A DNA stretch of 25,346 nt, from NCBI GenBank assembly GCA_964642065.1, contig CAZXNG010000002.1, positions 1-25,346 of the forward strand. The letters run 5' to 3'. The translations under genes and the position numbers were made by a program. Source of the stretch: an uncultured Halobacteriales archaeon. Its GTDB lineage: Archaea; Halobacteriota; Halobacteria; Halobacteriales; Halorutilaceae. Below, piece after piece: positions 7,615 to 14,704 of the stretch. Every line of letters starts with the position of its first letter. The stretch's first letter is position 1. The notes below the pieces were generated by a model. The model was not told the DNA's origin. It saw only the letters and a program-made list of their open reading frames with translations, and did not search any database.

Positions 7615-8364
7615 ATGAGCCGGGTGGTCGTGGCGGGGGACGTCCATCTCGGCGCTCACAACTCGGACGCGGAGGCGTTCGCGGAGTTCCTCGACGAGCT
7701 ACACCGCCGGCAAGAGGAGGTGGACGAGGTGGTGCTGCTCGGTGACCTCTGGGACATGGTCCGGCGCGACCCCTTCGGAGTCGCCTGGGAGACCTCCGGT
7801 ATACTCGACGGTCTCAAGCGGTTGGCCGACGTGGTCCCTGTGCGCTACGTGCTGGGCAACCACGACGTATACCTCCGGGACCTCGACGGAGGACGTTACG
7901 AGCTCGACTTCCGGGAGAGCTACACCCTCGAGCAGGACGGCGTCAGCGTCCACTTCCGCCACGGGCACGAGTTCGACGGCCTGCACTCGAACCGGGTGTC
8001 GAGCTTCCTCTCGGGGCCGGGGGACCGCGGCGACATCGACCCCACCCGGGGTCTCAAGGACCCCGTGGTCGCCGGCGCCCGAGAGGTCATCTGCAGGACA
8101 CGAGGGTGGCTGCGCGCCGACGGAGGCGAGGAGGTCTATCCCCGAAGGGAGAGGAGGGCGCACGACTTCGCCGAGGGTATGTCCGCCGACAAGCTCGTCT
8201 ACGGCCACACTCATTCGCCGTACGTCAACCACGACGGCGTCGTGGCGAACGCGGGCTCCTGGAAGTCGACGGCTCCGGTACACAACACCTACGTCGAGGT
8301 TTCGGGAGGTAATCTGCGTCTGTACGAGTACCGTCGGGGTGGCGAGGACAGGCGGCTGGACTGA
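7615..8364 (+). CDS. Calcineurin-like metallophosphoesterase (YbbF/LpxH-like)
   Basis: Start moved to ATG 7615 (MSRVVVAGDVHLG). All five motifs are present: DxH, GDLWD, GNHD, HGHEFD and GHTH. Confidence 0.9.
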   Translation: MSRVVVAGDVHLGAHNSDAEAFAEFLDELHRRQEEVDEVVLLGDLWDMVRRDPFGVAWETSGILDGLKRLADVVPVRYVLGNHDVYLRDLDGGRYELDFRESYTLEQDGVSVHFRHGHEFDGLHSNRVSSFLSGPGDRGDIDPTRGLKDPVVAGAREVICRTRGWLRADGGEEVYPRRERRAHDFAEGMSADKLVYGHTHSPYVNHDGVVANAGSWKSTAPVHNTYVEVSGGNLRLYEYRRGGEDRRLD

Positions 8365-8430
8365 CCGGGCATCGTAGCTTCTCGCATCGAGACGTACTAA
8401 ATCGGCCGCGACTTCTGAAGAGCCGTGGTT

Positions 8431-9099
8431 TCAGAACAGGCTCGTTATCGCTCCGGCGACGAACAGTAGGAGGACGCCGAACAGGAACAGGAGCAGGAGG
8501 ATGGGTGTGGCGCGCAGGGCGACGTGGCTCACGGGGAGGAGCCGGGCCTTGTTGGACCAGTTGAGCGCGGAGCCGATGACGAGCGACGGCGCGGAGACGT
8601 CCCGTGCTCGCAGCCTCTCGGAGTCCTGTATCAACGCTTCGACCCAGTCGTGGAGGGGTTCGAGGTCGTGGCCCGACCCCCCGTTGAGCCGGAGGTTCAG
8701 CTCCGTGTTGTACTCGAAGGCGACGCGGGTGATGTTCGCGGAGCCGAGTATGCACTCGGGTTCGGGCCCCATCCGGAGGTAGAGCTTCGCGTGGAGCCCC
8801 TTCGGTCGCTTGTAGATCTCCACCTGGTCGCGGTCGTCCATACGCCAGAGGTCCCGTGCTATCCCCGGCGAGAGCTGGTCGGAGGTGGAGCCCACCACCA
8901 CCTTCAGCCTGTTGTCGGGGGATCTGTCGAGGAAGGACTCGACGTCCTCCCTCAGGCTGAGGTAGCCTTGCTTGGTGAAGTAGCCGCTGACCAGGTAGAT
9001 GGTTCCGTCGCCGTCGAACAGGTCGGAGAGCGCCTGCTTGAACCGGGGCTCCGTGGTGTCGGTGTCGAGGATCTCGTACGTACGCCGTGGGTCGCTCAT
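8431..9099 (-). CDS. Single-domain phospholipase D-superfamily protein (restriction-endonuclease-like HxK type) with a C-terminal transmembrane helix
   Basis: VSGYF, LH103AK105LYL, GSAN(119-122) and N131xE133. C-terminal hydrophobic stretch ILLLLFLFGVLLLFVAGAITSLF. No signal peptide. Confidence 0.85.
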   Translation of the reverse strand: MSDPRRTYEILDTDTTEPRFKQALSDLFDGDGTIYLVSGYFTKQGYLSLREDVESFLDRSPDNRLKVVVGSTSDQLSPGIARDLWRMDDRDQVEIYKRPKGLHAKLYLRMGPEPECILGSANITRVAFEYNTELNLRLNGGSGHDLEPLHDWVEALIQDSERLRARDVSAPSLVIGSALNWSNKARLLPVSHVALRATPILLLLFLFGVLLLFVAGAITSLF

Positions 9100-9123
9100 C
9101 TAATGGTTAGATGGTGTTACATC

Positions 9124-9130
9124 ATAAAAA
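9124..9130 (-). promoter_or_regulatory. Putative TATA box for the PLD gene
   Basis: TTTTTAT on the minus strand 25-31 nt upstream of ATG 9099. Confidence 0.55.
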
Positions 9131-9205
9131 GGGTCGCCGGAACGTCCGTGTCGACGTCCGTGGTCCTCGGTCTCGGTCGTCGAGGACGGCCAGACCAAGC
9201 GACGT

Positions 9206-9613
9206 CTACAGCACGTACGACACGAACGTCACGAACGGCCCGAACACCAGCACCCCGATGACGAGCGCGGCGATGTACGCCCTTCTGTTCTGGCGCTCTA
9301 TCTTCTCCGCGGTCATCTCCGTCAGGTCGGCGACGTCGCGGCGGGCGTCGTCGGGGATGCGGTACCTTTCGGGGCCGGCACCTGGTTCGTTCGTCCTCTC
9401 CCCGTGCCGCTGTATCTCGTCCTTCGTCAGCTCGTGGTACTCGCGTACGCGGCCGGAGAGGCTGTCCTCGTCCTCGCCGGCGTCGGGGTAGACGACGGGT
9501 TCGTCTCTCCGCAGCCTTTCGAGGTTGTCCTCGTGCACCGCCTGTATCCGGCGGCGCTCCTCGACGCCGCCGAAGGCGTCGGGTGTGGCGATGGCGAGGG
9601 TTGCTGCGGGCAT
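9206..9613 (-). CDS. Hypothetical tail-anchored membrane protein (135 aa)
   Basis: Charged soluble N-terminal part, then RQNRR (positive-inside), then a single C-terminal hydrophobic helix AYIAALVIGVLVFGPFVTFVSYVL. Confidence 0.65.
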   Translation of the reverse strand: MPAATLAIATPDAFGGVEERRRIQAVHEDNLERLRRDEPVVYPDAGEDEDSLSGRVREYHELTKDEIQRHGERTNEPGAGPERYRIPDDARRDVADLTEMTAEKIERQNRRAYIAALVIGVLVFGPFVTFVSYVL

Positions 9614-9724
9614 CTATATCGAGGGAGTCGGTAGACGGCTTTAGGGGCTTCGGTGCCCCATCGACGCCGGGACGACCGAGGCTCCCGATACCTCTAAGGA
9701 CTGCCGTCGCCTTGTTTCGTCAAG

Positions 9725-11311
9725 ATGAACGCAGGGTCACGTCGGGTCCTGTTGGCGCTGGCTCTGTCGGGCGTCGTGTTGCTCGTCTGCTCAGGCGTCG
9801 TCGCCGGCGCCGTCGGAGCCGGGGTGTCTGCCGGAGACGACGTCGAAGAGGACGGAGACGGTGGCGACGAGGTGGTCGTCAGGTTCACTCCGGCACCCTC
9901 CGACCTCGACGACGCCGACGGCCTCAGGAGACACGCGAGAGACAGCCAGAGCGCCTTCGTCGACCACGTGGAGGGTCGGGGCGACGTAGACGTAGTGAGG
10001 AGGTTCTGGATATCTAACTCCGCGCTCGTCGAGGTCGAGGGAGACGCCGCCGACGGGCTCGACGAGCTAGAGGGCGTCGTCGGAGTCCATCCGAACTACA
10101 GGTACCGGGTGGCTCAGGTCGAGTCCGAGCTCGACGAGGGTCCGCCGAGAGATATCGGTCACGTACGGAGCAGCCACGGATACGTCGTCGACTACGGCGT
10201 GGACGTCGTCAACGCTACCGGGGTCTGGAACGAGACCATGGGCGACGGCGTCAAGGTCGCGGTCCTCGACACGGGCGTGGAGCCCTCCCACCCCGACGTC
10301 GACCTCTACACGGACGACGTCGCGGACCCCGCTAGACCGGGAGGCTGGAGCGAGTTCGACGCCCAGGGAGTCGCTGTGGACAGCGAGCCCTACGACGCCG
10401 GCGTCCACGGAACCCACGTCAGCGGAACGGTGGCCGGTGGCGACGACTCCGGCGTCTACATCGGGGTGGCGCCGGAAGCGGAGCTTCTGCACGCGAAGGT
10501 CTTCGACGTCGGCGGCACGTTCGCGCAGATCAACGCCGGCATGGAGTGGGCTGTGGAGGAGGACGCCGACGTCATGAGCCTGAGCTTCGGGGTCGAATGT
10601 GAGGAGGGGGAGGACGGCTCCCGCTACGTCCGTCCGATGGTCGAGCCGGTTCTGAACGCCGAAGCCGCGGGGACGTTCGTCGTAGCGGCCACGGGCAACG
10701 GAGGCGAGGGGTGCACGAGCTCGCCGTCGAACGTGCCCGATTCCTTCGCGGTCGGCGCAGTCGACAGGTTCCTTCAGGTGCCGTCGTTCTCGGGCGGCGG
10801 CGATGTCGACACCTCGGAGGCGTGGGGCGACGCCGCTCGCGAGAACTGGTCGGAGAGCTACGTCGTACCCGACGCCGTGGCTCCAGGGGTCGAGGTGGTG
10901 AGCGCTGTCCCGGGCGGAGGCTACCGTGACATGGACGGCACGAGCATGGCTGCGCCTCACGTCGCAGGTGCCGCGGCGCTGGTGCAGTCCACGACCGAGG
11001 AACGCCTCGAACCCGACGAGCTCAGGGAAGCGCTGGAGCGGTCGACGTGGAAGCCGGACGACGCATCCGCGGACAAGGACGTCAGGTACGGTGAAGGCAT
11101 CGTCGACGTCTACGACGCCGTCGAACACGTGCGAGCCCAGAAGGAAGAGGTATCAGACGGGGGAGAGAGCGAAGGGAACGAAACGGGGAACGAGACGGGG
11201 AACGAGACGGGGAACGAGTCGGACGGCTCGCCCGAGGATATGCCGGGCATGGGTTTCGCCGCGGCAGTCGCCGCGCTGTCGGGGCTCGTCGTGCTCCGTC
11301 GGAAGACGTAA
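9725..11311 (+). CDS. Subtilisin-like S8 serine protease with signal peptide, I9-type propeptide and a PGF-CTERM-like sorting signal
   Basis: Catalytic triad VAVLDTG, HGTHVSGT and GTSMAAPH, with the oxyanion Asn in AATGN. The N-terminus has SRRVLL plus an h-region. The C-terminus is PGMGFAAAVAALSGLVVLRRKT. Confidence 0.93.
   Translation: MNAGSRRVLLALALSGVVLLVCSGVVAGAVGAGVSAGDDVEEDGDGGDEVVVRFTPAPSDLDDADGLRRHARDSQSAFVDHVEGRGDVDVVRRFWISNSALVEVEGDAADGLDELEGVVGVHPNYRYRVAQVESELDEGPPRDIGHVRSSHGYVVDYGVDVVNATGVWNETMGDGVKVAVLDTGVEPSHPDVDLYTDDVADPARPGGWSEFDAQGVAVDSEPYDAGVHGTHVSGTVAGGDDSGVYIGVAPEAELLHAKVFDVGGTFAQINAGMEWAVEEDADVMSLSFGVECEEGEDGSRYVRPMVEPVLNAEAAGTFVVAATGNGGEGCTSSPSNVPDSFAVGAVDRFLQVPSFSGGGDVDTSEAWGDAARENWSESYVVPDAVAPGVEVVSAVPGGGYRDMDGTSMAAPHVAGAAALVQSTTEERLEPDELREALERSTWKPDDASADKDVRYGEGIVDVYDAVEHVRAQKEEVSDGGESEGNETGNETGNETGNESDGSPEDMPGMGFAAAVAALSGLVVLRRKT
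11174..11221 (+). repeat. Tandem 12-bp coding repeat x4 (GNET GNET GNET GNES)
   Basis: GGGAACGAAACG, GGGAACGAGACG, GGGAACGAGACG, GGGAACGAGTCG. Confidence 0.92.
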
Positions 11312-11337
11312 GCCCGCGAGGCACCGGTCTCGTACCG

Positions 11338-12954
11338 ATGAGCGTCAACGATGCGTTGGACTCCGCCGGCCGCGTGCTCCGGGAGCGGCCGTCGGACGTG
11401 CTTCCGATCTACCTGCTGGGTATCAGCAGCGTCGCGGTGGTACGGGTCACGCCGTTCCTCTCCGCGGCGCTCGTCTACCTCGTACTCGCCTACCACGGGC
11501 GCACGGGAGAGGTCGTGGACCTGCTCGCCACGGTCGACGTAGACTCCCTGCTCGACCCGGAGACAGCCGGGCCTGCGTCTTCCGACGCCCTGACGCAGGC
11601 GTTCGACCTCGTGGTGTCCACTCCCGGGGTGGTGCCGGTTCTGGCGCTGTCCGTCGTCGCGGTCGTCCTGGTCTCCGTCGTCGTGAACGCTCTCGTCGGC
11701 GCGGGCAGGGTGCACACGGTGTACTCCGCTCTCCAGGGGGGCGACGGACTGCAGGACGGCGTCGCGGGCGCGGTGGAGGACTACGACTCCTTCGTCGTGC
11801 TCGCTCTGCTGGAGGTTTTCGGCGTCCTCTTGTTCTCGGGTGTAGCTTTGATGCTCGGCGGCCTCGTCGTGCTCTACTTCGACGGCGTGGTCGCGGCCGC
11901 CTTCGGCGTCCTCCTGGGTCTCATCTGGCTGGTCTCCGTCCTGATGTTGCATCTGGTGTTCCTTTTCGCGCCGCAGTCCGTCGTGGTCGACGACGTCGGC
12001 GCGGTGGAGGGGGTGCGCGGCAACCTGGGGTTCCTGAAGCGGGAGCCCGTGGACTTCCTAGCCTACCTCGCGGTCGCGGTCGTCGGAGTCACGGTGCTCG
12101 GCACGTTCGCGGGCGTGTTCGCGGCCGCAGGCGCGGACGCGGTGACGCCGCTTCTCGCCTACGTCGCGCTGCTTCCGGCGCTCGACCTGGTGAAGACCGA
12201 CCTCTACGCCCGACACGCCGACACGGTCTACGGCGGCGACGAAGGCAGCCACGGCCACCCGAAGGACCCGGTGGAGAGCGGTGTCGAAAGCCAGCGGGAC
12301 GACGGTTCCGCGGCTTACGTCGAGGTCGAGGCTTCGTCGTCGTATCTGCCGGCTCCCGTTCGTTCCGCGCTGTCGAGGCTGAAGGCGGAGCTCCGGAGGG
12401 GCTGGCGGGAGATGGTGTCTTTCTGCTTCGAGAGGCCGTGGCTGCTGGTCGCGTCCGGCGTACTGTTCGCGTCGTCCTTCGCGGTGGGTTTCAGAGTGGC
12501 GGACCTCTACCTCGGGAGTTTCGAGTCGTCGATACAGGGGCGTCTCGAGACCGTGTCTCCGCTGGGCGGCTTCCTGAACTACTCGGCGAACAACTGGTCG
12601 GTCGCGGTCACCTCCGCGTACTCGGGGCTCGCGCTCTCCGTCCCGACGGTGTTCGCCCTCGCCTTCAACGGAGCGTTGCTCGGCGGACTGGTCGCGACGG
12701 AGGTAGAGCCGATGGAGCTCCTGGGGTTCGTGCTGCCTCACGGGGTGGTGGAGATACCTGCGCTGCTGATATCGGGGGCGCTCGGCCTCTACCTCGGCGG
12801 CGTCGCCTGGGGGTATCTCCGCGGCTCGGTCGACGTCGACACTCTGGCCCGCGAGGTCGAGAGAGCGTACCTCGTGCTCGTGGGTCTCGCAGTGCTGTTC
12901 GTGCTGGCGGGACTGGTGGAGGGTTTCGTCAGCCCCTATCTGCTGATGGAGTGA
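11338..12954 (+). CDS. Stage II sporulation protein M (SpoIIM/DUF95)-like multi-pass membrane protein with an extra N-terminal membrane domain
   Basis: The C-terminal domain has NNWSVA...NGALLG...LPHGVVEIPALLISGALG, typical of the SpoIIM family. Many hydrophobic helices. Confidence 0.85.
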   Translation: MSVNDALDSAGRVLRERPSDVLPIYLLGISSVAVVRVTPFLSAALVYLVLAYHGRTGEVVDLLATVDVDSLLDPETAGPASSDALTQAFDLVVSTPGVVPVLALSVVAVVLVSVVVNALVGAGRVHTVYSALQGGDGLQDGVAGAVEDYDSFVVLALLEVFGVLLFSGVALMLGGLVVLYFDGVVAAAFGVLLGLIWLVSVLMLHLVFLFAPQSVVVDDVGAVEGVRGNLGFLKREPVDFLAYLAVAVVGVTVLGTFAGVFAAAGADAVTPLLAYVALLPALDLVKTDLYARHADTVYGGDEGSHGHPKDPVESGVESQRDDGSAAYVEVEASSSYLPAPVRSALSRLKAELRRGWREMVSFCFERPWLLVASGVLFASSFAVGFRVADLYLGSFESSIQGRLETVSPLGGFLNYSANNWSVAVTSAYSGLALSVPTVFALAFNGALLGGLVATEVEPMELLGFVLPHGVVEIPALLISGALGLYLGGVAWGYLRGSVDVDTLAREVERAYLVLVGLAVLFVLAGLVEGFVSPYLLME

Positions 12955-13068
12955 CGGCGTTCCGGAGGAGGTGTCCCCACCCATGTCCGTCCGCAAATCC
13001 TTACTGCTCGTCCAATATTATTCCACATTCACTTTACGGGTTACAGAAATACTTTTGTACGTCCGACG

Positions 13069-13074
13069 TTTAAC
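13069..13074 (+). promoter_or_regulatory. Putative TATA box for the DUF5789-like gene
   Basis: TTTAAC 25-30 nt upstream of ATG 13099, within an AT-rich intergenic region. Confidence 0.5.
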
Positions 13075-13098
13075 CAGGCGTGGTAGGTATTAACACGG

Positions 13099-13377
13099 AT
13101 GGACGTCAACGAGGTGTACGAGAAGCTGGAACGCGACGTCGAACCCCCGGTGACACGGCGAGAGCTCGCTGAAGCGTTCGGAGACGTCGAGATAGACTGC
13201 CCCGCTGGCGAGGCCACCGAGATGACGGAGGTGCTCGACATGGACGACGCCTCGACATACACCTGCCTCCAGGAAATCCACGAGACCGTTATGGGGAACC
13301 TCGACGAGTCCCACGTCGGGAGGAAGTACTACGACGACCGCGGACCCAACTACGGAACCGACCAGGTGTCGTTCTGA
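13099..13377 (+). CDS. Small acidic haloarchaeal protein, DUF5789-like
   Basis: P.T..EL...FGD..I ... ET....L....VGRKYYDDR pattern, recalled from the DUF5789 family. Confidence 0.72.
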   Translation: MDVNEVYEKLERDVEPPVTRRELAEAFGDVEIDCPAGEATEMTEVLDMDDASTYTCLQEIHETVMGNLDESHVGRKYYDDRGPNYGTDQVSF

Positions 13378-13477
13378 GGGTCAGTAACCTCGCTCCTGCG
13401 GCAGCCACAGGGTCGGCGTCTCTTCGGGGTACGTGACGCTACGTTTACCTTGCTGGAGAGCCAACCGGTAGTTAACA

Positions 13478-13879
13478 GTGCCCGACAAATGCCCCTTGCT
13501 CGACGACTGCGACGCCGCCACCGGTGAGACCGAGTGCGCGCACTTCGTCGACCGGTCCGGAGTCGACTGGTGCGACTACTTCGAGTTCAGTCCCGCCAAG
13601 GACCCCGTGAGCCCCGGTCAGGTGGTGGACGTGGAGATATTCGACGCCGACGACAGGGGTAACGGACTCGGTCGCACCAGCGACGGCTTCGTGGTGCGCG
13701 TCGACGGCGGCATCCCGGGCAAGACCGCGAAGGCGAAGATAAAGACCGTCTACGACAACAGCGCGAAGGCCGACCTCGTCGAGTTCACCGGCGACTACTA
13801 CCCAGACGCGGAGGAGGAAGACGACGAGGAAGACGACGAACCGCGGTCGGGCTCCCGCGACAACTGGTACGGAGCATAG
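13478..13879 (+). CDS. TRAM-domain protein with an N-terminal Cys/His cluster
   Basis: GTG start. TRAM signature PVSPGQVVDVEI......GNGLGRTSDGFVVRVDGGIPG..AKAKI..V....AKA, acidic tail and a GSRDNW end. N-terminal C5/C11/C20/H22/C32. Confidence 0.85.
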   Translation: MPDKCPLLDDCDAATGETECAHFVDRSGVDWCDYFEFSPAKDPVSPGQVVDVEIFDADDRGNGLGRTSDGFVVRVDGGIPGKTAKAKIKTVYDNSAKADLVEFTGDYYPDAEEEDDEEDDEPRSGSRDNWYGA

Positions 13880-13980
13880 CCTGCCATAGACGGCGACGTC
13901 GGCGTATCTTCGGGTGTACGTCCCCGACTCACCGCCTCAGGTCAACGAAAGAAATTAGTCTCGTCTCGACAAGTAGTGCC

Positions 13981-14697
13981 ATGCGAGTCAGGAGCGGCGA
14001 CGGCTCCGAAGGTGCACGAGTCTGGCTGGATCGCTCCGAAGTGGACTTCCTCCTGGACAACGCCGACTTTGGCGAACAGACGGGGTTCGTAGACGTCGGC
14101 GGCGGACAGACGGTCTTCGTCGACGACGCCGAAGACATCCGCAGGTTCGCCCTCGCCTTAGGAGTTCGATGCGGGCTCCGCGCCGAAGAGGTGGTCACCG
14201 TCACCGCCGACGACGTAGTCGAGGTGGACGCCGGAACAAGGATACATGTAGAGGGAGGAGGAGAAGAGAGGTTAGCTCCCATCGCCCCGTGGATGGCTTC
14301 CTCGGTCGACCGGTACTCCACCGGAGCCTCGGCCCCGGGAGACAGCCCGTTGCTCGACGTCGGCGTCGACACCATCGAGAACTGGATACGCGAGGCCGCC
14401 GAAAGATGCCGTATACAGTCCGAGGAAGACGGCTGGCGCCACGTCGACAGCCGCGACCTCCGGCGGACCTGGGCGCGTCTCCTCGTCGACAGCGGAGTCG
14501 ACCCCGCGCTCGTCATGGAGTGGGGCGGCTGGAGCGACTGGAGGAGCTACCGCGAGACCTGCTACGGCTCCTGTCCACCCGAGGTCGAACGCACCGAAGC
14601 CAAGAAAGCACCCTGGATGGGAGAAGAGGAGACCGGAAGTGTCTCGACACGGAAGGTCAGCAGGAGAGCGTCCGGCGACCTCGACGTGAAGCAGTGA
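13981..14697 (+). CDS. Short tyrosine recombinase/integrase-family protein (haloarchaeal type), probably catalytically degenerate
   Basis: RVWL.R.EV, LGVRCGLR67, DLR161RTWA, VMEWGGW and terminal E..K.PW match short haloarchaeal integrases. The expected K, H and Y positions are substituted (see findings). Confidence 0.85.
   Translation: MRVRSGDGSEGARVWLDRSEVDFLLDNADFGEQTGFVDVGGGQTVFVDDAEDIRRFALALGVRCGLRAEEVVTVTADDVVEVDAGTRIHVEGGGEERLAPIAPWMASSVDRYSTGASAPGDSPLLDVGVDTIENWIREAAERCRIQSEEDGWRHVDSRDLRRTWARLLVDSGVDPALVMEWGGWSDWRSYRETCYGSCPPEVERTEAKKAPWMGEEETGSVSTRKVSRRASGDLDVKQ
14071..14130 (+). repeat. Imperfect tandem 30-bp duplication inside the recombinase gene
   Basis: 14071-14100 versus 14101-14130 match at 24 of 30 positions, encoding GEQTGFVDVG and GGQTVFVDDA. 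Confidence 0.75.
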
Positions 14698-14704
14698 CCG
14701 CTCC

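Noticed and set aside
8431-9099. Annotating the PLD protein as cardiolipin synthase
   Set aside because: It has only one HxK motif, lacks the HKD Asp, is much shorter, and has a C-terminal rather than N-terminal membrane segment.
9644-9659. Hairpin GGGGC-TTCGGT-GCCCC between the divergent 9613 and 9725 starts
   Set aside because: A 5-bp GC stem is expected by chance at this GC content, and there is no U-tract or other support.
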